Assembly: GCA_002269645.1 (NCBI GenBank)
Contig: NIVC01003893.1
Location: 1 to 64,000, forward strand
From: Macrostomum lignano
Lineage: Eukaryota
Direction of reading: 5' to 3'
DNA: 64,000 nucleotides
The position numbers and the translations under genes are program-made. Below the pieces are notes generated by a model that was not told where the DNA came from, did no database searches, and saw only the letters and a program-made list of their open reading frames with translations. This document shows positions 12,213 to 25,100 of this stretch, in pieces (the stretch's first letter is position 1; each line of letters begins with the position of its first letter).

Positions 12213-14183
12213 GATTCTACTCTATCTAGATATTCACAGAAAGGTGAAACATCCGGTCGTTGAGATGCGCGGGGGCACTCCAAGGACAGCCAGTTGCGAT
12301 CTCCAGCGCCTGGTAAAAAGCTGTAGGATTGGGATGTGTTTTTCTGGGGGTGGCGGACGCCAGGCCCCCGGTGGGATAAGTGATCACGTGAGCTGCATTT
12401 CCGTTGTCACGTGGTCCAGGCGAGCGGTTAGCGCAGGGAAGGGGAAGGGGGCGGGCCGGAGGAGGAGGAAGAGGAGGAGGAGGGGAGGAGGTGAGAATTG
12501 AGAAATCTGGTTTCTGGCCCGCATGGTGGGAGGGAGAGATTAAGAGAGGGAAGGAGGCCTGAAATTTGAAACGCCAGCCCCACCAACGCGATGCAAATAT
12601 GTCCCGATGAGATCAGTGAGCTCGTACATGCACGAGTCGCTCCCCTGGCAGTCAGGGAGGATTTCAAAGGTCTATATTCAGCTTATAGGACTAGCTATAG
12701 CGCAGAAATGCTTACCATCTATGGATAATTCGCACTCGACATTTTGTTAGAGAGAGGAGGCGTTCTGCTCTGGTGCAGTGGATTGTTCGGCATCATTGAA
12801 GATTGTACGAGTACAGAGTCTCTTCAGCATTGATTTACTTTTGTCAGTGCAATAGCAAAGAATCCCCATTCGCTGCAACAGCAGCCACTAGAGAGATGAC
12901 GCACGGCTTTTGAGTGCAGCTACGACCCAGACACGAGTGCACAAAGCGCATGATATTTTTATACTGAACAGCAATTTGTCAATGGAAAACTTCAGGAAAA
13001 TTGTCATTATTTCAGCCTATTTGAATTCGCGCGGCCATTATTTCAGGCTAGCGGGAGGAGTCAGCCTAACTGAAGGAAAAGGGTTGATTTGACCATAGAC
13101 TATAACAAATATTAACCGTTTAAGATTGTTATTGCTCTATCACTGTGCGTAAGATACAATGGAGGGTTGTCTGGAAGTGAGAATTCACGAGTGGCTATCG
13201 CCGCTCGTGTCTATGGCCATTACCATGTTTTCTCACTTCCAGCTAACTTAATTGGTCAATTTGTCCACCAGGATCCGAGTGAGGAGGAATGGGGGTGTGG
13301 GGGCGAAGCCCCCACTTACAACAACAGACTATTTTATTTTACGCTCATAGACTCGTTCTTTATTCTAAAATGATATCCCGGTAAATTGCTTTATTGTCAA
13401 TTTCAAACAATGACCGGTCATTACTTGAATGTCATTGCCTTAACGTAAATTACAATTGACAATTTAGAACTGATATCATTTTAGAAAGTGCTTTAACGTC
13501 TATGGTAAAAACCAAGTGGGTTGGTCACTTGTTGGCTATACCATTCGGCAATACCATAGCACTGTCATCCCGCCAATCTATTGACTCCTGAGAACGCGTC
13601 GAGCTAAGTGGATTTTCGCCATAGACAAAATCGATCAAGAAAAGTCCAATTTCACTAGTTGAGCATACTGCATACAAAAATTAAGCTTAATCTGTCTTGG
13701 TTGTAAACAATTTTAGTCGAATAAAAATCCCAATTGAAAATTGTCAATCACTATGATTGAAAGTGCAATAATTGATATCAGATTATTGTCAGACCATGTC
13801 AACTTCCCTTATATTACGTCCCTGTCATATACAGCAGCTTTACTAAGGGGCTTATTAAGACTCAAGCTCTTCCATATAAGGATACGTGGGCTGGTAAACC
13901 ACCCGCAGTCCCTATAGTAGACTCTCGGTCGGGGATTAACTCCAGCAACTTGACACGAATGTTTTGATTATCGTTAGCAGCAGCTTCTACAGGCGTAGCA
14001 TTCGCATGGGGTCCGCTTACGAACAGTTTGTTGACATTTACGGAGGTAGGAAACAGACGGGACTGTCTTTTTAGCTGGAGATAAAATGCAGCTGCTTGTG
14101 CGCTGCCAGCACTATGGAAATGCGAACTGCAGCCATGCAGAAACAGCACTAGCGCCCCTGCCTCCCACTGACTCCCACAGTGG

Positions 14184-14776
<593 letters not shown>

Positions 14777-14913
14777 GTCGAAGAAATAATAAGAGTAAAC
14801 ACACTACATTTAAATTAGATGTTCAATTGAATAAGATGAGGAGCCAGTAAGTGGGCACACGGCCCAAACCGATATATTTATATGACATTAACTTTAGGGG
14901 TGCAAGATAAGAC

Positions 14914-15653
14914 CAAGGACGACTTAAGTAGAAGGACGGGAAACCTCGTTTCTTAGAAAATTTTAGAAGGCAGGTTTTCCCGAAAAAATATACTACGGAG
15001 ATAGGAAGTTTTCATTTTTTCAGCACAAAAATTGTTATTGCTTTTGATAGGAGGCAGTTCCAGTGTTCATCTTTTGATATGTTGTGCCTTTTTCATTGCT
15101 CTATCGATATTCATAGAGCTTTTCGTTCAGAAAATTAGGATTCTATGTTAATTTCTTATTCTACGTACATTTCCGCATGTCTTGTGCCTAAATACCATTG
15201 TGTCATGCTGTACGCTCATTATTCCACGCTTAGGAATCATTATTTTAGGCTTCTAAAAATACATTCATGAGACAATGTGTTTGTGTATATGGTTTTGGAG
15301 GTAGACAATGATAAATTTTTCACGAGTGGCGAAGCTATAGATAAAACCAATGATTTGGAGCTGTGCAATGCATTATTATTATTTTTGGTTCAGGTAATGT
15401 ACGCAGAATAAAAAATTAACATAAAATCCAAATTTTCTGAACGAAAAGCTTTATTAATATCGATAAAGCAATAAGAAAGGCACAACATATCAAAAGATGA
15501 ACACTGGAACTGCCTCCTATCAAAAGCAATAACAATTTTTGTGCTGAAAAAATGAAAACTTCCTATCTCCGTAGTGTATTTTTTCGGGAAAACCTGCCTT
15601 CTAAAATTTTCCAAGAAACGAGGTTTCCCGTCCTTCTACTTAAGTCGTCCTTG
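14914..15653. mobile_element. Non-autonomous TIR DNA transposon (MITE-like, hAT- or P-type), 740 bp, 8-bp TSD GATAAGAC
   Basis: Ends CAAGGACGACTTAAGTAGAAGGACGGGAAACC ... GGTTTCCCGTCCTTCTACTTAAGTCGTCCTTG; imperfect TIRs extend ~260 bp. GATAAGAC is at 14906-14913 and 15654-15661. Confidence 0.9.
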
Positions 15654-15844
15654 GATAAGACAAGGGGGGTGGAGTGCGCGACTGAGGAAAGAGGCGAGAA
15701 CGGAGAGCCAATCAGAACGCAGCAAGGGAGAGAGAGATAAGAATAACAAGATTGAGCTAGACAGAGAGAGAGAGAGAGAAAACAGAGTAAACAGAGACAA
15801 GTGAAGGTGAACTAAGAAATGACTAGGAAAGTCGCGACACTATA

Positions 15845-15895
15845 CTATCTAATCTATCTTATCTATCTATCTATCTATCTACCTATCTATCTATC

Positions 15896-15946
<51 letters not shown>

Positions 15947-15947
15947 C

Positions 15948-15980
<33 letters not shown>

Positions 15981-15982
15981 GA
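15845..15982. repeat. (TATC)n microsatellite
   Basis: Tetranucleotide run. Confidence 0.95.
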
Positions 15983-16857
15983 TATATACTCCTGCCTATA
16001 ATATCCTACGCCAACTGTAATTACTTCCATAAATAAAAAATCAACTTTCCAGCGAAGCGTTTCCATATCCTCGCTAGAGAAAACAAAGAATAACTAAAAA
16101 AGCCTTTATTGCCACCATGCCACTCTGATCGACACAGGACCAGAAACAGCTAAAAATAGCCCAGCCACGGTGGAATTACGAGCGAGTAACTGAGCGACAA
16201 TAACAACAGCGAGGCAGCTGAGCCCAATTTTAGCGGATTCAAAAGCGCCTACTTCGGCTACCAATATTCAAAGGCATGCATGTGCTGCACTCGTCAAAGT
16301 TAGCTCCTACACAAATAGGCTTCTGGTGTCTATTCTTAGCTACAGGAGTTGCAGCGCACAAGAGACGCAGACAGACTGGCAGCGAAAATTTATTTTCCAC
16401 TTTCTTCTCCTCTACGCCGTTTTGCTCTTTTAGCAAGAGGCGGCGGCCACACCCCCCGGGGATCTCGATGAGAGAGAGGGGAGGAACGGGGGAAAGGAGA
16501 AAAGTGGAATTAAGCAAGGATTGGAAGGCTGGGAAGGAACGGATCCAGTAGAGTGCTGGAGCATAGCTGTAGAGCACACGCTTAAGAAGTTCTGAGTCTT
16601 CCTTTGCTTGATGAGGCTCGGTCGAGATGCGGCTATTTTTAGACACAGCCTCTCTGTGACCCGACTGAAATACGACTAAGCTACTGAGCTGGTTGAATCA
16701 GAAAGCTCAGAAAGGAAAGAACCGTTAGAAAATGCTCCTAATGAACTCGTCTCTGTGTGTACTTTTGTGCAATTTAGAAGCTTTGTAGTCCCCCGCTCTT
16801 GTAAAGTGAATTCTTTAGATTGACCCGTTGTTGAAGTACATGTACTGCAAGTTCAAT

Positions 16858-17414
16858 TTTATCTACGGTGCTGAAGCTAATTGGTCTGCAGTCATTGCAA
16901 TTCCACTCTTCTCTTATCTACGGTGCTGAAGCTAATTGGTCTGCAGCCATTGCAATTCCACTCTTCTCTTATCTACGGTGCTGAAGCTAATTGGTCTGCA
17001 GCCATTGTAATTCCCATCTTCTCTTATCTACGGTGCTGAAGCTAATTGGTCTGCAGCCATTGCAATTCCACTCTTCTCTTATCTACGGTGCTGAAGCTAA
17101 TTGGTCTGCAGCCATTGTAATTCCCATCTTCTCTTATCTACGGTGCTGAAGCTAATTGGTCTGCAGCCATTGCAATTCCACTCTTCTCTTATCTACGGTG
17201 CTGAAGCTAATTGGTCTGCAGCCATTGCAATTCCACTCTTCTCTTATCTACGGTGCTGAAGCTAATTGGTCTGCAGCCATTGCAATTCCACTCTTCTCTT
17301 ATCTACGGTGCTGAAGCTAATTGGTCTGCAGCCATTGTAATTCCCATCTTCTCTTATCTACGGTGCTGAAGCTAATTGGTCTGCAGCCATTGCAATTCCC
17401 ATCTTCTCTTATCT
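16858..17414. repeat. 55-bp minisatellite, 10 copies
   Basis: Unit TCTTATCTACGGTGCTGAAGCTAATTGGTCTGCAGCCATTGCAATTCCACTCTTC; exact 55-bp period, two minor variants, no spacers. Confidence 0.95.
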
Positions 17415-17719
17415 TTAATTATTATCGGCATATAGAAATCAGTAAAAAGCGTTTACGTTCAGATTTTTGAAATTGCTAAGATTTAGTCGCTTACAAAAAG
17501 TAGAATTCATTCAATTTTATTAATTTTATTTGGCATATCTTTATTAATTTTTCAATCGAGGCAAAAATCGCATAATCAAAGAAAACACATTTCAAGCGAG
17601 AAAAAATCAATCAGGCACATTATCGCAAAGAAACCACGATGAAGATAAAAAAATTTAAAAGTATCAATTCTTGAAATAATGCTAGATAAGAAAATTCAAA
17701 CTCTATGGTCGAAACTCAA

Positions 17720-17880
17720 ACAGTGTACATGCCTGATGATTAGAAAGTCAGGAGAACCGATGTACACCCTGTGTGAGCATGTGCAGAATTGCTATCAGCG
17801 TTGCTTGTGGGACGACCCCGCCGAAGGGGCATTGCTTCAGGGTGCCCCGCAGGCCATCAGCGAATATTTATGTTTCAAGA
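17720..17880 (+). mobile_element. Partial, degenerate SINE family A body
   Basis: CAGTGTACATGCCTGATGATTAGAAA...TGTACACCCTGTGTGAGC matches the 6150 and 7570 copies. Confidence 0.6.
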
Positions 17881-17976
17881 GCTCTAATGATCAAACTAAT
17901 TACATACCCAGCACAGGTTTGGACAATAGACTAAAATATGGTTCATGGACTAAGCCTGAAGTTTCCAATCTAGAAT

Positions 17977-18380
17977 CAAGGACAACTCAAGTAGAAGGAC
18001 GGGACACTAGGTTTCTTAAAAAAAGTTAAGGTTTTCGCTGAAAAATACACTACGGATATAGGAACTTTCACTTTTTTCATATTAAAATTGTTATTGCTTT
18101 CGATAGGAGGCAGAACCAGTGTTCATCTTTTGATATGTTGTGCCTTTCTTGTAGCTCTATTGATATTCATAAAGCTTTTCGTTCAGAAAATCAGGATTCT
18201 ATGTCAATTTTTTAGTCTACGTACATTTGCATTTGTCCTGTGCCTAAAATGGTTTTAAAATGGCTCATTGGTTTTATAAATCAATTTTATCATTCTTAGC
18301 TGACTTTGTAACAGTATGTGTAACAGAGATGATAAAATAGATTTAGAAAACCAACGATTCGAGTTGTGCCATGCATTTCT
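17977..18380 (+). mobile_element. Truncated, diverged copy of the 14914-15653 TIR element (left arm plus part of the interior)
   Basis: CAAGGACAACTCAAGTAGAAGGACGGG...TTGTTATTGCTTT.GATAGGAGGCAG...CTACGTACATT, collinear with 14914-15180. Confidence 0.8.
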
Positions 18381-18595
18381 GTGATTTTTAGATACAGCAA
18401 ATCTAACTTCTAAGTTAAACTTCTAAGCTAGGGCTGGCCATAGACTATTGCTGCCCCATGTTTACACACTGCTCACCGTCATTTCAAAGACTTGGCTGTA
18501 CATCATAATGTAGATTGGATAGCTACCAAGGTGCGGTCCAATAAATCAAAAAAACAGTCAACGAATAAATTCAAAATCAGTAGCAAAATTGAAGA

Positions 18596-19164
18596 TCAAA
18601 GCTTAGACGAGCGCACCGAACTCGACGCAGCCACGTGCGGCGCCAGCTCCAGTTTGGCGACTGACCTTAGATGAACTTCGTCCGGTCCATCGGCCAGCCG
18701 CAGCACCCGAGACCAGGTGTACAGCACAGACAGAGGCAGGTCAAGCGACAGTCCGGCTCCGCCGTGAATTTGAATAGCCCTATCAATTATCTCCGTGGCA
18801 ACTCGCGGGGTCATTACTTTAATTAGCGCAATCTCTTTCATGGCCTTTTTATTGCCAACGGTGTCCATCAGGTGGGCAGTTTTCAGCACTAGAAGGCGGG
18901 CAGCCTCCAGCTGGGCCCGGCTCCAAGCGATGCTCTGCTGAACACTGCCTTGAGCAGCTAGCGGCTTGCCGAACGCTACCCGGGACACTGCTCTCTGGCA
19001 AGCCAGCTCGATTGCTCTCTCGCAATGGCCGATCAGCCGCATGCAGTGATGCACCCGGCCGGGACCAAGCCGGCCCTGGGCGATTTCGAATCCGCGACCT
19101 TCGCCTAGAAGAACATTCTCGGCTGGTACAATGACATTGTCGAAACGGACTTCCGCGTGGCCAG
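18596..19164 (-). CDS. ACAD10: ACAD10 exon 9 (ACAD C-domain, ends SKL)
   Basis: [10 protein letters not shown]...[15 protein letters not shown]...[19 protein letters not shown]...SSKL*. Confidence 0.95.
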
Positions 19165-22100
19165 CTGCAATGGGCACAAGAAAATTGGGGTGGAGTGAAG
19201 TATAATTGGGGTGGAGTGAAGAATAATTGGGGTGGAGTGAAGGATAATTGGGGTGGAGTGAAGGATAATTGGGGTGGAGTGAAGGATAATTGGGGTGGAG
19301 TGAAGGATAATTGGGGTGGAGTGAAGGATAATTGGGGTGGAGTGACGGATAATTGGGGTGGAGTGAAGGATAATTGGGGTGGAGTGAAGGATAATTGGGG
19401 TGGAGTGACGGATAATTGGGGTGAAGTGAAGGATAATTGGGGTGGAGTGAAGGATAATTGAAGTGGAGTGACGGGCGATTTGGGGTGGAGTGACGGGAGC
19501 ATGTAATTGATGGATAGAATGCAGGTAGAAGGGCGGATAGAATACAAGTAGAAGGTCGGATAGAATACAGGTAGAAGGGCGGATAGAATACAGGTAGAAG
19601 GGCGGATAGAATACAAGTAGAAGGGTGGATAGAATACAAGTAGAAAGGCGGATAGAATACAAGTAGAAGGGCGGATAGAATACAGGTAGAGGGCGGATAG
19701 AATACAAGTAGAGGGGCGGATAGAATACAGGTAGAGGGGCGAATAGGCTACAGGTAGAGGGGCGGATAGAATACAGGTAGAGGGCGGATAGAATACAAGT
19801 AGAGGGGTGGATAGAATACAGGTAGAAGGGCGGATAAAATACAGGTAGAGGGCGGATAGAATACAGGTAGAAGGGCGGATAGAATGCAGGTAGAGGGTGG
19901 ATAGAATGCAGGTAGAGGGTGGATAGAATGCAGGTAGAGGGTGGATAGAATGCAGGTAGAAGGGCGGATAGAATGCAGGTAGATGGTGGATAGAATGCAG
20001 GTAGAGGGTGGATAGAATGCAGGTAGAGGGTGGATAGAATACAGGTAGAAGGGCGGATAAAATACAGGTAGAGGGCGGATAGAATACAGGTAGAAGGGCG
20101 GATAGAATGCAGGTAGAGGGTGGATAGAATGCAGGTAGAAGGGCGGATGGAATGCAGGTAGATGGTGGATAGAATACATTACATTACTCATAGGACTAGG
20201 TGGAACTGTGCACAGCGGGTACGGCAGCACTCAACACAATTATATTCAGGCTGCGATAAAACATATAAAACCTAGCAGATTGAAGCCGGAAATACAAAGG
20301 TAGGGGTGCAGCCTACCGACGCCACCCTGAACCGCCCTACCGAGATAAGACACCGCGTGACCAGTTATTTGTACAAGCATTACTATTATTAATACACAAG
20401 TACTAACCAGTCTATAACACAGGTCAGTTAAGGGCTAAGCGGAAGTGGCACGCTAGATAACAGAAATTTTATTTGAATAAAACATCTCCCCTCGTGTCCA
20501 GAATTATAGAACTCAAAAAGACTGAAAGACGGGGAGAGGGAGACTGTAAGAGTAGGAGGATTAAGAAAGCTGGTGCCCCCCGTTAGGCCCGACCTTGCGA
20601 GAGAGAAAGAGAGGAAGGAGAAAGACAAGAACGTCATTCCCAAATCCGAGGAGTAGTTTCTGACTGGTCTGGACAAGGTTCCCACCCCCAAGTCGATTCA
20701 AAGGCCGAAAAAGGATAGGATCATTTGCATCTCTTATGCAGGAGTTGGGGTTGACGCTGTTGTGCACTGCCAGGGGGCAAGAGAGGGAGAGAGAGAGAGT
20801 TAACGCTGCGTGTACACTCGCCGTAAACGTACAATAGGCCCGCTACGTCAGTGAAAGATTTTTATTGATCTATCTCTCTCCTTCTCTTTCTTACTGCACT
20901 TCCCTGCACTACTGACAAGCCAGCACTGCCCCGCCGACTGTTCAGATTAGAACCTACACAACCCACCATTTGCTCTCTCCCCCTCTCTCTCTGCCCTCTC
21001 CCCTGTCTGCAGCTCGCTTTTCTATTCGCTTAGCGGCAGCGACAGCAGCAGTCTCTACTGTCGCACTCGTGGGCGCCTGCGTTCTTCTCTCCGTTTCCTT
21101 CTATCCTTTTTTTTCTCTCCTGTCGTCTCTTTTATCGGCTTGATGTACCATTTGCCTCCTTCCCCCCTCCTCTCCTCTCCCCCCTCTCTCTACACTTTTC
21201 TGAAAGCGACGGCCGAACACTGACTATGTAGTATACCAAAGGGCGTGTGCACATGGACGAGTTAATTTGCATATATATATACGCATCTTTTCCACCGATT
21301 CGTCTCACAATCTATCGGTAAAATACTTTCTATAGAAAATCTCTACACACATAGAGATAGAACAGCCTTGAACCAATTAGTTCTAGACGCAAACTGCGTC
21401 CAGCTTCGGTTGCTAAGGGATACATCAGTCAGAACTAGTGCGGTGCAGAATGTCGCAAACAGGCTGCTTAGTTCGATCTAAACGAGCTTCAACTAAGAGC
21501 AATAATTCCACGGCATCGACTGTCAGCAGCGGTACAGGCGCTGCCGGCGGCGCTGCCTGCCTGTTTGGCGCCTGTTTTGGCGCCGGCGCCGGGGCAGGTA
21601 GCGGCGCGGCAGGTCGAGCGAATCCAGTAAACGCCGACGCGATTGAGAAGCTAACAGAGAGACTGGCTTATCACATCCAGCTGGGCAATACTCGGTCGGT
21701 GGAGCGGATACTCCGCAAACTGCGAGCGGTGCCTCCATCCAAGGTGGTTGTCTCGGTCAAGAGGCGACACCTCAGCCCGAATTTCCTAGCCTGGACCAAC
21801 AGAAGCCAGGATCCATTTCTACACTTTCACCAAGAGTGCTCGCCAGTGGTCTGGGCAGTGGACAATCAGCAGTGGCAGATGCTGCCAATTCTAGCCAAAT
21901 ACGGTCACGATCCTAACAGGCCTTTGCAGTGCAAACGGTGGAACTTCTCGCCGGCGTCCAGCAATCGCTCAGCGATGGTGCCCTACAAGAAGTTCTGGAC
22001 AAAGGGCCGCTACACCTACCAGTCAGCTTTGGACTACTACTTCGGATCGATCTACGAATTTCTGGGCGAGGAGATGCAAAGAATGAGCTCGTCGGCTGTA

Positions 22101-25100
22101 GGCTACTCGTCGCCGTCAACGTTTTATTATTTCTTTCAGCAGTTGCCCCAGCTGCTACTGAGAGGCATCGACGTGCACAGAATCGATTCTATCATATTGT
22201 TCAATTCGCTAGGCTATTCGCTAAACTGGTACCTCACCAAGTACACCAACGAGAACAACACGGTGCCGGACATTCCCGAACAGAACGACTCGTGCGCCGA
22301 GATCTTCACAGTCAGAAGTTTAATCAAAGCCGGCTTTTCCGAGTTCGAATGCCTCGAGTTTCTGTCCTCGTCGCACAACTGGTTCGGCATCCTGATCTGT
22401 CTGCTGTGCCACCCCAGACTTGACCAGTACGGGTCGAACATCCAGCTACCGCCAATCATCCAGGAGGCCGCCCTGCTACTTATCAACTTCTTATCGTTGA
22501 GCAGCTCGCATCCAACAAGCGAAGAGATCAGCGAGAGCCTGGAGAACCTCTCCCTCAGGAAGCTGTACGCTAAGCGCTACTCCCAGCGACGCCAAGAGTT
22601 CAAAGACAATCTGGAGACGTTGCAACGGGCCTGCTCGGATTTCAACAAGCGACCAATGTCGCTGAGACTGCAGGCGCGCAACGCCGTTCGACGTAACATC
22701 GGCGGCGTGGATTTTGGAGCAAAGCTGCGCAGACTGGCGCAGACCTTCCCGGCGGAGGTGGTCGCCTTCCTATCCTACGTGGACATGGACTCTCTGCACC
22801 TGCTGCACCCGCCTCGGGTGCTGCTCAAACTGGCCAAACGAGAGAATCCATTCTCAACCGAGGACGCTGCGGAAGCTTCGAGCAGCGATGGCGAGTCTGC
22901 CGGCTCCACCAGTCATGAAGGCGAGGTCAGCGTTGTTTAGAACTATGTAATTTTCAGTACGGAATTCGTAACTCTTATACAAAAAGTTTGAGTCCTTGTG
23001 TCCAAGATTTCATTCTTCGCTTTCTGTGAACCGATGCTTTTTCCCTCCTACTAGCTAAACAACAAATAGTAATCATAATTATAATATTTAACCGATATGA
23101 TTTTTCTATTTGCTGCTGTCCAACTCTATAAACTAACTGTGTCTTCGTGTGTCTGTTTAGTCCTTGTGCACTCTTCAGCTTTCCTTCTGTTTACCTGTAT
23201 GTATAGAAATTCTGTGCAGTTTTACACATCGTTACACAAGTAATTAACCTTCTTAAATATTATTATTGTAAATTTTATACCTGTTGCCAGTTAAATCTCT
23301 GCTAACCTTGCATGGTTACTAATAGATAGAAGTTCCAACACGGTTTTTAACGATAATAATAGTCATAAAAACAGTAACCATGCAGTCAAAAGCCAAATTT
23401 GCTATTTAAAAAACTAACTGTGGCAATTAACTATTAGCTAAATAACTTGTGCAACTGCGAGCCCGATTGTTAAAACACTGTTAACTAATCAGTCCGTTTG
23501 TGTCATTCAAAAAATTCCAATCTTGTTTCAATTGATTACAATTTATAGCGATAATGACTCACTAATAAAAAAGTTCTGTAATTTTTTTGATTCAGTTCAG
23601 AGTCCCCTGTCAAATCTTATATGGTCGCTTGGTGTAAATACGGCAACTAGGAAACATGTGCTTCATTTTTCAAAGCAAACTATGAGCATATATAGTAAGC
23701 AATGCATAGTATTTGTTCAAGTTGATGTATACCAGCCTAGATGCATTCATATGTCTACAATATTTAAACGGAAACTGAAAAATCCGATTGACTTAACATC
23801 ACCGCACTGGCTGTTTTACTTTTAGGCAATTTTTTTTACCTGAAAAATATACTCAAGTCAAAACAGAGGATTCTATATTAAGCAATGATAAACTCCATTT
23901 CAATTCAGTGACTTGTAATAATATTAAAAATAATTGATTACATCTGGCCCGATTGGACCAGATGTTCAACCGACAGCTCAGCCGCAGCTATTGCGCGGCG
24001 CATCTGAAGGCTGCGTACGGCTGTTCAGTCCAAGGACTGGTGGTTCGCCACACACACCCTCAATTACCCCAGCTAATGCTGGCACCCATTTTACAGCTAA
24101 GTGAACTGAAGCAGTGCAGAGTTGTGTCTTGCTCAAGGGCACAAATTGTTCCGAGTGGGATCGGGAATCGAACCCCCGACCTTTAAGTCGTGAGTCTGAC
24201 GCTCTAACCTCTAGGCTACAACCTCCCATTGATTTGTCGAATGGACTCTTTGCTGAGAAGACAAGGTCGTTTAATTTGGCGCCATCTCAAGCATTGATTG
24301 TGGCGCTATCTCAAGCATTGATTGTGGCGCCATCTCAAGCATTGATTGTGGCGCCATCTCAAGCATTGATTGTGGCGCCATCTCAAGCATTGATTGTGGC
24401 GCCATCTCAAGCATTGATTGTGGCGCCATCTCAAGCATTGATTGTGGCGCCATCTCAAGCATTGATTGTGGCGCCATCTCAAGCATTGATTGTGGCGCCA
24501 TCTCAAGCATTGATTGTGGCGCCATCTCAAGCATTGATTGTGGCGCCATCTCAAGCATTGATTGTGGCGCCATCTCAAGCATTGTTTGTGGCGCCTTCTC
24601 AAGCACACAACTTACTTACTTACTTACTACTGACGGGGGGCGCAGGCGCCGCGAATAGGCCGCGAGGCCCCTATCGCAACCCCAAGGTAAAAGAGCACAA
24701 GGATTAGCCTTGGGGGTGCGCCCAGTCCCCGCCAGTAGTCGGCAGGTCCGCAGTGGAGGCATCGGCGACCCTCATCCGGCCGGAGTCCCGGACGAAGGCG
24801 CGGAGGTCTCGGATATTGTCCGCGGTGGTCAGCTCGTCCATCCGCTGGGGGTGGCCGAGGTATTTGTGCCGCGCCTTGTTGAAGTAAGGGCAGAAGGTGA
24901 CGTGATGCTCCGCGGTCTCCTCTCCTATGCCACAGAAGGGACAGGTGGGAGGGCAACCGGTTTGCAACGATATATGTCTCTGGAAGAATCCGTGGCCGGT
25001 TAGGACCATGCACATCTCCCTGAGGTCGGTTCTGTTAAGCGAAATCAGATAATCAGAGACTTTCCTGTTCAGGTTAGGCATGGCAGAGCGGCTCTGCCTG

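Noticed and set aside
13093-13216. CCATAGAC...GTCTATGG inverted 8-mers as a small TIR element
   Set aside because: Too short, no TSD; could be chance.
13862-14149. Short non-repetitive ORFs (also 4146-4535, 16239-16646, 56040-56261) as genes
   Set aside because: No recognisable domain or splice-supported partner exons; possibly decayed transposon sequence.
16858-17414. Regular 55-bp array as a CRISPR array
   Set aside because: Units are contiguous with no unique spacers, there are no cas genes, and the context is eukaryotic.
24150-24227. tRNA gene (also 6150-6215)
   Set aside because: A/B boxes are present, but the sequence continues into a SINE body with no complete acceptor stem or Pol III terminator.
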